Of a stretch of 63,842 bases of DNA, positions 1 through 8,538 are shown one piece after another. Position numbers and translations under genes: made by a program. Positions within the stretch are counted from its first letter, which is position 1. Every line of letters starts with the position of its first letter. The notes beneath the pieces were generated by a model, which saw only the letters and a program-made list of their open reading frames with translations, was not told the DNA's origin and searched no databases. The stretch comes from a virus: positions 1 through 63,842 of the IMG/VR virus record IMGVR_UViG_3300009960_000001; one strand, 5' to 3'.

Positions 1-127
1 GGTATGTAGGCTGGCTTGCAGGTAAACAATCTATGCAGGCTAAAGGTAATGAGATTACCTACACATGGACGCTTGCTGAAAAGGACCTGAAAGTAAATGC
101 CCTGAATGTTCGTATTGACGGTATTGA
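1..127. repeat. End overlap: bases 1-127 are identical to 63716-63842 (circular assembly closure)
   Basis: Direct comparison of both window ends shows the same 127 nt (ggtatgtaggctgg...gacggtattga). Unique genome length is therefore 63715 bp. Confidence 0.9.
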
Positions 128-1172
128 CCTAAAGACCTTCCCTGTGCGATTTACTTATCTGACACTGACTACTAAGCCTGTAACTGACAGTATTCCAGAG
201 CCTTCTGGTACACTACTAGTAGGTGCTGATAACCTCATTAAGGGCACTAGAGACGGCTCTGCTAACACTTACGGAGCTCCTAATGGTAACTACCTAGGAC
301 TAGCTATCAGTGAGAAAAACAGAGACACAGGAGCTGGTACAGCTGATACCTTCAATGCTCAGCTAGGCTATCCTCTTAATCCGGGAACATGGTACACAGT
401 AAGCTTCTTTGCTAAGGCAACCAGTGAGATTACTTTCGGTAATCACCTATACTCACCTTCAAAAGTATGCATTGTGTATAGCTCCACAGGAGGAATGAAT
501 ACTGACATTGATGGTGATGTCACTGTGAGGGTAAATGCTAATTGGGCTCTTTACACTATTAGCTTCCAAGTATATGATACAGCTCCATTTACTCCTAAGG
601 TACTCTTAGGACGAATGAAGGGTAGTGTACCAGCTAACACTGTGCTACAGATTGCTGGTGTGTGCTTCTATGAGGGTACAGGACCTCGTTCTTGGGGAGC
701 AAGCTCTCTTGATGTACCAAGCAATACTGATGTCACAGAAGGCATTAACAGACTTAACACCACTGTGCAAGGTCTAAGCACCAAGGTAACTGCTTTAGAA
801 GGTAGAGCTGACAATGATACTAAGTATTATGCAGGAAACGGGCTGAGCCTTAACGGAACAACCTTCTCTTTGAATACTAATGACCTAGTTACATTCGGTG
901 ACATTGCTACTAAAGCAGACCGTTCAGAGCTCAGGTCCTTACAAACTAAGTATAATAGCCTAGAGACAGCTGTGAAGAAGCTCCTACAAGACCTTAAAGA
1001 CTCAGGTGCTTGGGAAGTTACTGGTACTGATATTCTCACAGGTAGCCTTAAAGCTGACCGCCATATTGCTACAGGTAACATCAACGTATTTGGTGGAACA
1101 CCTAATGGTAATAGAGCTATTCGAACATCTAGCACACTCAACGCTGGTGACCTTGCAGGAGGAGTAGAATAA
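1..1172 (+). CDS. Tail fibre / receptor-binding protein, 3' part of the wrap-around gene that starts at 62875 (about 670 aa in total)
   Basis: The frame is open from base 1 and continuous with 62875..63842 through the overlap. Track ORF 33..1172 merely begins at an internal Met. Carbohydrate-binding-module-like (CBM-like) beta-sandwich segments are followed by a coiled-coil C-terminus. Confidence 0.7.
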   Translation, partial: YVGWLAGKQSMQAKGNEITYTWTLAEKDLKVNALNVRIDGIDLKTFPVRFTYLTLTTKPVTDSIPEPSGTLLVGADNLIKGTRDGSANTYGAPNGNYLGLAISEKNRDTGAGTADTFNAQLGYPLNPGTWYTVSFFAKATSEITFGNHLYSPSKVCIVYSSTGGMNTDIDGDVTVRVNANWALYTISFQVYDTAPFTPKVLLGRMKGSVPANTVLQIAGVCFYEGTGPRSWGASSLDVPSNTDVTEGINRLNTTVQGLSTKVTALEGRADNDTKYYAGNGLSLNGTTFSLNTNDLVTFGDIATKADRSELRSLQTKYNSLETAVKKLLQDLKDSGAWEVTGTDILTGSLKADRHIATGNINVFGGTPNGNRAIRTSSTLNAGDLAGGVE

Positions 1173-1915
1173 TGCCATCATTCAACACAAAGGAAGAAGC
1201 CCTCACATGGGCTAAGGCTAACACAAAATTTAAGTTAGAGAGTACAAACACCTCTGAGTTTAAAGTCCGTTCTGGCTGGGATAATGCTTCTGTTGTGTGG
1301 GACGAGCGAGCTGGAGAGTTTGTAGTAGGTAAAGGGGAAGTTCAATTCCAAGTTATTCCGACCTTTGGGTACAAGGGAGACAAAATCATTATTAACAACC
1401 TACAGATTTATGTAGGTAATGCTAAGTATGAGGTTCTCCCTGTGAACCCTTCTGGTACTGACGCTAGAATGAAGTTTACAGCCCTTGACCAGCTTGTGAT
1501 TGAGAAACAGTTCCCTATCACAGGAGGATTTAATGAGAATGTCAATAGACCATTTAACAAAGCTGTGGAGCTTAACCTATACACCACTAACTCATCTGCT
1601 AGTGTGGCTAAGCTAGAACACAGCTGGTTTTCAGGGAACAAAACCTCTGAGATATTCTTAAATTGGTCTATACCATCTGAGATTATTATTTCACCAGCTG
1701 TGTTGATTAAGCCTTGGGCTATCAGACAGACAACAGGGGGTCAGTTTACCTCATTCACTACACTAAACAAGGACATGAAGGTCTATGCTGGTGGAGCTTG
1801 GAAAGTGCCTCCTAACTCAACCATAGACCAGAGCAAGGCTAAGACAGAAGGATTTGGAGCTAACCGTATCTACCTAGATAACAAATGGATAGCTCAAGGA
1901 AAGGTAGGAAGATAA
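1172..1915 (+). CDS. Hypothetical late protein (fibre-associated by position)
   Basis: 247-aa ORF whose ATG overlaps the upstream stop (TAATG). Same strand and tight coupling with the fibre gene. Confidence 0.6.
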   Translation: MPSFNTKEEALTWAKANTKFKLESTNTSEFKVRSGWDNASVVWDERAGEFVVGKGEVQFQVIPTFGYKGDKIIINNLQIYVGNAKYEVLPVNPSGTDARMKFTALDQLVIEKQFPITGGFNENVNRPFNKAVELNLYTTNSSASVAKLEHSWFSGNKTSEIFLNWSIPSEIIISPAVLIKPWAIRQTTGGQFTSFTTLNKDMKVYAGGAWKVPPNSTIDQSKAKTEGFGANRIYLDNKWIAQGKVGR

Positions 1916-2718
1916 TGGCTTCATACAAAGAAGAATACAAAGATAAGTGCTGGTATGAGGGTTGCGCCTGTGAGGATATTTATCCAGCAGACTGTGACGC
2001 TCTGCGGAAAGAGAATAATGAGGGTATCGGAAGATACGCCTGTGCAACCCAAAATCAGGACTGCTATGATAAGAATTTTTTTAAACGTGCTTTTCAAAAG
2101 ATTGCTTGTCAGTTCGAGCATGTCATTCAGAACATCTGTGCTATTTGGGATTTACTTCAATGTATCACAGAATACCTGAAAGCTCAAGGTAATCAGGGTT
2201 ACGAAACTAAGTATTATCGACACACAGGGGTAGAGGGTCAAAACTTCTACAAACCTATCATGACACGCTATGCTATCAACCTCTATAAGGACTCAGAATA
2301 TGGCTGGGACACACAGGGAGGTATTGATGATGGTAAGCGTGGTACGTTTGACCAAGACATGCACTGCTATATCCGTTGGTGTGCTGATGGTAATGAGCTT
2401 AACCCTGCTGTGGATAATACTATGACCTTTGTAGTCCGCACAAGTGGTGAAGGTTGGCCCGGTGATGAGTCTGATATGGTTAAGCAACGTGGTATCCACT
2501 GGCAAATGACAGGGCTCACAGATGGAGCTATGCCTTGCTCAGACACCATTGTGCTACCTAAGGGACAAAATATCGTGATAGAGGTTATTCAAAACAATAC
2601 CTCATCAGGAACATTCCGTGTGCATAATATCAAGGTTGAATATCACCCTATTGCTGGCACAGGGCTTCCAGACTGCTTGAAGACCCCAGAAGTACCTAAG
2701 AAGGACTGTAACTGCTAA
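1915..2718 (+). CDS. Cysteine-rich late protein carrying the shared Cys/helix N-terminal module
   Basis: Start moved to ATG 1915 (MASYKEEYK), which has an AGGAAG RBS and overlaps the upstream stop. N-terminus CWYEGCACEDIYPADCD...NICAIWDLLQCI; C-terminus KKDCNC. Confidence 0.65.
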   Translation: MASYKEEYKDKCWYEGCACEDIYPADCDALRKENNEGIGRYACATQNQDCYDKNFFKRAFQKIACQFEHVIQNICAIWDLLQCITEYLKAQGNQGYETKYYRHTGVEGQNFYKPIMTRYAINLYKDSEYGWDTQGGIDDGKRGTFDQDMHCYIRWCADGNELNPAVDNTMTFVVRTSGEGWPGDESDMVKQRGIHWQMTGLTDGAMPCSDTIVLPKGQNIVIEVIQNNTSSGTFRVHNIKVEYHPIAGTGLPDCLKTPEVPKKDCNC

Positions 2719-2722
2719 AAAT

Positions 2723-2748
2723 AAAAAGACCTTAATTGGTCTTTTTTT
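2723..2748. terminator. Bidirectional rho-independent terminator at the convergence of the two arms
   Basis: Stem AAAAAGACC / GGTCTTTTT with loop ttaatt, an A-run upstream and a T-run downstream. Lies between the last plus-strand and last minus-strand genes. Confidence 0.75.
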
Positions 2749-3235
2749 GTTGTCTTTTTCTTTGTCGCTCTTCTCGTGCACGGTCCTTTGCACGTTCATA
2801 CTCCTTAAGAGCCTTCATGAGCCTTGCCTTGGCTTCCTTCACAGTAGGCTTCTTCCTACGCTTACCATGGCGTGTGGTAAGTGTGTTTCTAGCAAGCCCT
2901 ACAGCCTTAGAGAGCTTCTTTGTCTCCTGTAAATCAGCAATAATGCGGTAGTACATGTCTTGCTCTTTACGAAGGACCTTCTTACGTTTTAGGTTAAACT
3001 CATTACGAAGCTTGCTCTTAGTGGACTTCACAGCGGCGAGTATCTTGACCTCACGCTCAAGGGCAACATAGCGTTTGATAGCCTCATCAAGGGAAATCTC
3101 ATTACCTTCTGTGTCATAGAGAGTACCGTCTTCTGCAATTACTCTGTCAGGAATATTTCGATTTAACTCGAATATTTCCTTGTCATAGGCTTCATCAAAT
3201 ATCTTTGTTGACATAGAACCACACCTCTTCCCCAT
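2732..3235 (-). CDS. Hypothetical basic coiled-coil protein
   Basis: 167-aa ORF with a Lys/Arg/Glu-rich C-terminal half. Last gene of the minus-strand arm. Confidence 0.6.
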   Translation of the reverse strand: MGKRCGSMSTKIFDEAYDKEIFELNRNIPDRVIAEDGTLYDTEGNEISLDEAIKRYVALEREVKILAAVKSTKSKLRNEFNLKRKKVLRKEQDMYYRIIADLQETKKLSKAVGLARNTLTTRHGKRRKKPTVKEAKARLMKALKEYERAKDRAREERQRKRQQKKTN

Positions 3236-3407
3236 TTATTTTACTAAGCACAGTAATGTCACCTGTCTTAACAGTTGAGTAAGGATAGCCTCCTGCCCAT
3301 TCACGAAGCCGTTCATTTCTAGCTTGGAGAGACTCCACTACCTCCTCAAGGTAACAGTCTCCCATTTCATCTATATGTTTTATCGTATAGGAGGTTAATG
3401 TTCTCAT
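3195..3407 (-). CDS. Hypothetical protein
   Basis: 70-aa ORF in the operon, with short overlaps to its neighbours. Confidence 0.5.
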   Translation of the reverse strand: MRTLTSYTIKHIDEMGDCYLEEVVESLQARNERLREWAGGYPYSTVKTGDITVLSKINGEEVWFYVNKDI

Positions 3408-4146
3408 TTTTTATCCTCTCAGGAATTATAAAATCCTCTTTCTTCATAGTAAGTTTCTTGTAGTCACCAATCACAGGGGGATACACCCTCCTGTTTTGAT
3501 AACACCACCATCTAAAGTCAATGTTAGATATATAGGTTGTCAATTCACTCCTGTGTTCTAATCTTCCGTATACATCATATACCTTGAATAATTGTTCCTT
3601 CCTGTTAGGACTTAGCCTCATAGATACCTTACACTCAGGCATTAGATATAGCATGTTAGCAAGCTCTATGTGCCTACCAGAGTACCCTGTGATAGGCTTG
3701 ATAGCTTTGATTAAGCTGTAATATCCTACCCCCTTATCCACAGCTAGGTAGGGTATAGTTGACATGAACGCTCCTATGGAATACTCAAAGTAGCTCTCTC
3801 TGCTTCCATTCCTAAGGTTCTGTGCTAGAGTGTAAGCCTCCTCAATGGTATAGAAGCCTCCCGGAAGGCTGTACTCCATTATAGTATCATAGTCCTTGAC
3901 ATATATGTTTATGAACACAGTGAGTAGTTTGTCAAATGTATCAGCGTTTTTATATACATCAAGTAGATGTAATATCCGCTGAACATTTTCTTTTAGATAA
4001 AAGAGAGGTGGGAACTCTCTAGGGTTAAGCGTAACCTTACTATCAGTAAGACTAAGTGCACCCTCAAATGAGTCCTTACCTCTCTCTAACCATGAATTGA
4101 CTTCCTCAATGAATGTATCGTAGTTGGGATTAGTCGTCCCACTCAT
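3367..4146 (-). CDS. Hypothetical protein (start uncertain)
   Basis: The track ORF 3367..4209 begins with TTG inside the upstream gene. The first plausible ATG is at 4146 (MSGTTNPNYDTF). Confidence 0.5.
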   Translation of the reverse strand: MSGTTNPNYDTFIEEVNSWLERGKDSFEGALSLTDSKVTLNPREFPPLFYLKENVQRILHLLDVYKNADTFDKLLTVFINIYVKDYDTIMEYSLPGGFYTIEEAYTLAQNLRNGSRESYFEYSIGAFMSTIPYLAVDKGVGYYSLIKAIKPITGYSGRHIELANMLYLMPECKVSMRLSPNRKEQLFKVYDVYGRLEHRSELTTYISNIDFRWWCYQNRRVYPPVIGDYKKLTMKKEDFIIPERIKNENINLLYDKTYR

Positions 4147-4564
4147 CGTCTTCGTCATCATCATCTGCGTAATCGTCTTCGTCATCTTCAACGTCACCAG
4201 CAGGTTCAATCGCTACAACGTCCCATTGAGGCTTGTCATTGTAAGACTCGCCTTCTTCAAGAGTAATGTTCACATAGCGGTCAATAAAGTCCTCTGTGTC
4301 CATTTCACCTTTAGGGTCAAGTCCTACAGCCTCTGCAAGGTCATACAAGTCTGAGCGACCAAATGCTGTATCAAACATACGGAAGCCGTAAGTCTTAGTA
4401 TCAGTACCAAAGTCTCCACGGAATGTTACCTTGTAGTAAGGCTTCTTGCCTTGACCTGAGGGCTCTACCCATTCAAAGGCTTGGATAACTACTGTAAATG
4501 TACCCTCTGTGTAAGTAAATGAAAGTCCTTCGTTCTTTTCTGCTGTAAATTTAATTTTTGCCAT
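4130..4564 (-). CDS. DUF669-like ssDNA-binding-type protein with acidic tail
   Basis: 144 aa with a very acidic C-terminus (DDEDDYADDDDEDDEWDD). Sits directly downstream of a Sak4/AAA_24-type ATPase, the usual pairing. Confidence 0.5.
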   Translation of the reverse strand: MAKIKFTAEKNEGLSFTYTEGTFTVVIQAFEWVEPSGQGKKPYYKVTFRGDFGTDTKTYGFRMFDTAFGRSDLYDLAEAVGLDPKGEMDTEDFIDRYVNITLEEGESYNDKPQWDVVAIEPAGDVEDDEDDYADDDDEDDEWDD

Positions 4565-4583
4565 TGTAAATATCTCCTATTTC

Positions 4584-5399
4584 TTATTGTTCTTCTGATT
4601 TCTTAGTAGCACGTTTGCGTTTTGGTTTTTCTTCTTTCACAGAGGCTTCTTCCTCTTTAGCCTTAGCAGGCTTCTTAGTGGTCTCTCCTGTGATTAGTTT
4701 TGTGAGCTTAGCCCATGTAGGGTTCTTAATCTTGTTAGGAATTTCAATTCCCGGCTTGCGTGTAACCTTTGTAGTCAAGATAGGGTTACCAGCTACCTGA
4801 GCAATATAGACTTCTTCAATGGACTTCTTACCATTTTCAAAAGTTTTCTTGTTTTCCTTCTGTGTATGGGCTACAATCCGTGCAGAAGCTTGCAAGTATG
4901 AGCGTACAGCTGGTGATACATTAGGACAGATTACCCGTGGTACATCTTCCCCTTCATCTTCCTCAACGTTAATGCCCATTTCCTGTGCAAGCACAAGTAC
5001 GTTCTTACCATCATAGCTAAAACCGACCAGCTGGTCAACAAGCCCTTTAAGCAGTGGAGAGGCTTCTCCATAGTGCTGGATTTGCATTTTATCCACTTTG
5101 TACTTTTCCATGATATGCTTGTAGCACAACTCTTGGACGTTTGTAAAGTGGTCAACAGCAATGCTTTCATAGTCACCTGTCTTAGCGATTGCAAACGCTT
5201 CTAGGACATCTTCCCAGTTGTAGCACTCAGCTACATCAACGCTATCAGTAGGGCTCACAGAAGCCAATCCACGGTCAGTGTCAATGATTAGTGTTTTTCC
5301 CGGAAGTGAGTTAATCACACTTGTTTTGCCTGAACCGCTTTTTCCGAATAAAACGGTCATTTGGTGTAGGCGCACCTTAGACAATGATTTAAGTTTCAT
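4584..5399 (-). CDS. Sak4-like (AAA_24) recombination ATPase
   Basis: Walker A motif LFGKSGSGKTS, then LIIDTDRG. Start set at ATG 5399, preceded by an AAGGAG RBS. Confidence 0.65.
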   Translation of the reverse strand: MKLKSLSKVRLHQMTVLFGKSGSGKTSVINSLPGKTLIIDTDRGLASVSPTDSVDVAECYNWEDVLEAFAIAKTGDYESIAVDHFTNVQELCYKHIMEKYKVDKMQIQHYGEASPLLKGLVDQLVGFSYDGKNVLVLAQEMGINVEEDEGEDVPRVICPNVSPAVRSYLQASARIVAHTQKENKKTFENGKKSIEEVYIAQVAGNPILTTKVTRKPGIEIPNKIKNPTWAKLTKLITGETTKKPAKAKEEEASVKEEKPKRKRATKKSEEQ

Positions 5400-5431
5400 T
5401 GTAATATCTCCTTTTTGTTTAGTTCTAATAT

Positions 5432-5460
5432 AGTGTATCACAGGGATTGGAGTAAGTCAA
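5432..5460 (-). promoter_or_regulatory. Sigma-A-type early promoter (TTGACT-17-TACACT)
   Basis: Minus strand reads GCAAAAAGGTATTGACT-17 nt-TACACT. The 18-nt upstream block is shared with the promoter at 19998-20025. Confidence 0.55.
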
Positions 5461-5470
5461 TACCTTTTTG

Positions 5471-5764
5471 CTAAATTTTTACAAAAAATTCATCATTTTT
5501 TACATAAAATTGTAAAATGGTACTTGAACCATATTCTCTTAGGTTACTTCTTCCCCAATCATAGTTAATGTGCCCTGTGTTATTAATGATAAATTCAGGC
5601 GTGTATCCGTCTTTCTTATAGACATATATCTTATTACGCCCTTTGTTATACCTGTAGAAAGCCCTTAGGGTGAGTCTACTTCCTTGAGCCATTTCAGTAT
5701 CACGGAACTTCACCCATGGCAACTTCCTATTTACCCGTCGAGCCATATCCACCTCTATTCTCAT
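5471..5764 (-). CDS. Hypothetical protein
   Basis: 97-aa ORF. Its start overlaps the end of the dUTPase gene, so the exact start is uncertain. Confidence 0.45.
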   Translation of the reverse strand: MRIEVDMARRVNRKLPWVKFRDTEMAQGSRLTLRAFYRYNKGRNKIYVYKKDGYTPEFIINNTGHINYDWGRSNLREYGSSTILQFYVKNDEFFVKI

Positions 5765-6242
5765 TACCTAAGTGTTTTACTGGTAAGAAAATGAGGTCAG
5801 GCTGATTTCTAAAGATACGGAACTGACATACACGCTGACCAGCTTCAAGCTTACCATCACGTGTGGCATAGAACATAGCTCCCCAAGTATCATCATCACC
5901 GTTGTAGTCATTGTCAATGATACCCACAGAGTTAGTCAGTAACAGCCCTGTGTTCTTAAAGGTACTTGAGCGTGGATATACATGGGCTTCAAAGCCCACA
6001 GGTAGCTCCATAGCCACTCCAAAGTCAACCTTGACAGTATCTCCTGCCTTGTACTCAATATCCTGAGGGACATACATATCTACACAATCTCCATTGACCG
6101 CCTGTGTCCCAAAGGAGTATTTTGTGTCCTTATAGCGCACACGGATTAGAGACTCCTTAGGATAGCCACTGTACTTACCAATGTCACAGAAGAACATCAA
6201 CAGCATTACTAGGAACATTACTCCAATAATGATGTATTCCAT
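5727..6242 (-). CDS. dut: dUTPase with a hydrophobic N-terminal extension
   Basis: Motifs GIIDNDYNG and C-terminal RGGYGSTGK. The ATG overlaps the upstream stop (TAATG). The first ~20 aa are hydrophobic. Confidence 0.8.
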   Translation of the reverse strand: MEYIIIGVMFLVMLLMFFCDIGKYSGYPKESLIRVRYKDTKYSFGTQAVNGDCVDMYVPQDIEYKAGDTVKVDFGVAMELPVGFEAHVYPRSSTFKNTGLLLTNSVGIIDNDYNGDDDTWGAMFYATRDGKLEAGQRVCQFRIFRNQPDLIFLPVKHLGNENRGGYGSTGK

Positions 6243-6529
6243 TACTGACCTCCGTTGTTATCCACATATTTAGCCTTCAAGGAAGCAATCAGCTCATCTA
6301 GGCTCTTATTCACCTTGTTGTTAGCCTCAAGGGCTTCATCAAGCTTCTTACCATAGTTCTCTGTGGCTTTTGTAATCTTAGTCACACGGGCTTCTGTGTC
6401 TTTCTTTAGCTTAGTGAACTTAGCCTCAACACTCTGTGTGTACAGGAATGAAAATCCAAGGGCAATTACCAAAGCAATGTTAATAATAGTATTAATGTTT
6501 TTCTTAATGAATGTCATACTCATCTCCAA
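6242..6529 (-). CDS. Hypothetical membrane/coiled-coil protein
   Basis: 95 aa with an N-terminal transmembrane (TM) segment (INIALVIALGFSFLY) followed by a Lys/Glu-rich helix. Confidence 0.55.
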   Translation of the reverse strand: MEMSMTFIKKNINTIINIALVIALGFSFLYTQSVEAKFTKLKKDTEARVTKITKATENYGKKLDEALEANNKVNKSLDELIASLKAKYVDNNGGQ

Positions 6530-6890
6530 TCAATTTGTTAATCAGGGTAATCATGTTATCAATACCCAATAAGTAACTTTCTGCCTCAGTTGTGAGTACA
6601 GAATTAGCAATAATCAAATACTGAGGATAGGTCATAGCCTTATACTCCTCAAACTCAGGGAATTTTGCACAAGACACAGAGTAATATACTCTATCAGCCT
6701 CTTCCCTAGCTTTGTGCAGGAACACAAGAGCTTTCTCAAGGTCATGCTTCCCATTCTTATCCTTATAACGCCATACATATTTCACAGCAGAGGCAATGAG
6801 GGGGTTAAGTCCATAATGTAGCCAGAAATCCCAGCACTCCATTTTATTGCCTTCCTGTGTATAACGCTGAGGATTTCTAATTTCCTCCAT
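6504..6890 (-). CDS. DUF3310-family protein
   Basis: Signature recalled for DUF3310: ECWDFW...NPLIASAVKYVWRYKDKNGKHDLEKA. Confidence 0.55.
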   Translation of the reverse strand: MEEIRNPQRYTQEGNKMECWDFWLHYGLNPLIASAVKYVWRYKDKNGKHDLEKALVFLHKAREEADRVYYSVSCAKFPEFEEYKAMTYPQYLIIANSVLTTEAESYLLGIDNMITLINKLIGDEYDIH

Positions 6891-7110
6891 TTTTAGCCTC
6901 CTGAACCGCTGAACGAAGCTCTAGGTCTTCTTCCTGCTGGTCTTTCCTTCCTTCAAAGTAAGCCTTCTGTGCTATTTCAACACTAGCGTCCTTTGTGATA
7001 TAACTTTGCTCAACCTCTTCAATAGGCATTGTGTGCTCTTGAATATGGTATGAGTAAGCTAGTGCCCCGATTACAAAGCCTAGGGCTACGGCAAACAAGT
7101 ATTTCCACAT
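6877..7110 (-). CDS. Small membrane protein
   Basis: Start moved to ATG 7110 (MWKYLFAVALGFVIGALAYSY), which has a GGAGGAAG RBS. The longer track ORF overlaps the upstream nuclease gene. Confidence 0.55.
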   Translation of the reverse strand: MWKYLFAVALGFVIGALAYSYHIQEHTMPIEEVEQSYITKDASVEIAQKAYFEGRKDQQEEDLELRSAVQEAKNGGN

Positions 7111-7111
7111 A

Positions 7112-7909
7112 TCACTCTTCCTCCAAGAAGTTTTCAGCCACAAAGGTATCAAAGTCCTCTGTGACAATTCCTTGCCATACTTTGAATAGTTCATCATAGA
7201 TGTCAGGCATGTAGTCACCATATTTATACATTTTGAACTCGGGATTTTGCTCAATCATTCGTACCAACATACAGAACTGCTCAAAGAACTCATCACACAG
7301 AGCCTCACGGTAAGGCATATCAATAGCAAGGTACTTGTAGGCTCTACCTACTAACTTCTCCTTAGGATTGATACACTCAAACACAAAGTTTCGTACATTG
7401 TAGCCTAGCTTAGCCATTACATACATATACATGTTAGCCTGTAATGATAGTACCATTTTATCCTGAGCAGGCTTTGTGCTGTATGTCTTATAGTCAACCA
7501 AGGTCACAGAGCCGTCTTCATTAGTCCGAACTGCGTCTACATATCCGATAAATCCTACCTCTGTGCCAAGACCAATTTCCTCTGAAATATCAAGAGTAAT
7601 CTCTTTTTCAACCTCAGTAGTCTTGAATAATCCTTCAAATCCGAAGTGCTCAAAGTAGCGCTCAGAGGCTCTAATTCCTCCGTCAATACTTTCCTGTGCA
7701 AAGTCTACAACAGAGGCTTGCTTTAGGGCTTCCTTGCTATCTGTGCCTGTAGCTACAAGCTCCATGACACGGTGCATGACTGTTCCTCTGTCCATATACA
7801 CAGTGTTGATTTTGCCTTCTTTTGGCTTATATTTTGCAATATACTTACACCAGTGCTTCCATGGATTTTCTAGGTAAGTGTTTACCCGTGAAATACTATA
7901 TCTGTTCAT
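7112..7909 (-). CDS. PD-(D/E)XK (RecB/Cas4-like) nuclease
   Basis: Core GYVDAVR...TLVDYKT (D...D/E-x-K). Lies in a recombination-module context. Confidence 0.6.
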   Translation of the reverse strand: MNRYSISRVNTYLENPWKHWCKYIAKYKPKEGKINTVYMDRGTVMHRVMELVATGTDSKEALKQASVVDFAQESIDGGIRASERYFEHFGFEGLFKTTEVEKEITLDISEEIGLGTEVGFIGYVDAVRTNEDGSVTLVDYKTYSTKPAQDKMVLSLQANMYMYVMAKLGYNVRNFVFECINPKEKLVGRAYKYLAIDMPYREALCDEFFEQFCMLVRMIEQNPEFKMYKYGDYMPDIYDELFKVWQGIVTEDFDTFVAENFLEEE

Positions 7910-8316
7910 GACACTCCTTTATCATAATATACTGAGGATAGGCTATCCAATATTGAAGACCATTTCATAGTCCGTGGTTTGAACACAGACATGCTATAGG
8001 GGTCTTCCTCTGAGTTTACGAAGCCTATCTTAAACTTATCCCTATCAATCACAAAGGAATTTCTCATAAACTCAGGCTTTTCTAACATTTCCTCAAATGA
8101 GTCAGGCATAGGGCCTTTAAATCTTACTAATTTATAATAGTCCTCCTCCATAATCTCATATAGGAACTCCTTGTGCTCATCATCAAGCTCCACTACTTTA
8201 TATCCAACACCGTAGCTTTCAAGAGTCTTCTTAAACTCTCTCACCTGTGCCAGTACATTTATTCGTGTATTCTTTGTTGATAAGTAGTAAGGGTTTGTTA
8301 CAATTTCAACTACCAA
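7906..8316 (-). CDS. Hypothetical protein
   Basis: 136-aa ORF with a TTG start preceded by a strong AGGAGGAG RBS. Confidence 0.55.
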   Translation of the reverse strand: MVVEIVTNPYYLSTKNTRINVLAQVREFKKTLESYGVGYKVVELDDEHKEFLYEIMEEDYYKLVRFKGPMPDSFEEMLEKPEFMRNSFVIDRDKFKIGFVNSEEDPYSMSVFKPRTMKWSSILDSLSSVYYDKGVS

Positions 8317-8536
8317 ATATCTCCTCCTGTGTTACAATCAGCATGATTACATGATTTCTTGTAGTAATCTTTTTCACAGGGATAGTCTTGTCAAGTAACT
8401 TAAACTCCTTTGTGTGCTGTGTTGTAAAGCCATCAAAACGATAACAGTAAGGCACTACAGTGTCATCATTCCGATAGTAGGCAATCTCACACTGAGCATA
8501 AGGACTCATTAAATCAAGAATATCTCCTATTGCCAT
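8306..8536 (-). CDS. Hypothetical protein
   Basis: Start moved to ATG 8536 (MAIGDILDL), which has a GGAAGGAAAG RBS just after the upstream stop. Confidence 0.5.
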   Translation of the reverse strand: MAIGDILDLMSPYAQCEIAYYRNDDTVVPYCYRFDGFTTQHTKEFKLLDKTIPVKKITTRNHVIMLIVTQEEIFGS

Positions 8537-8538
8537 TG

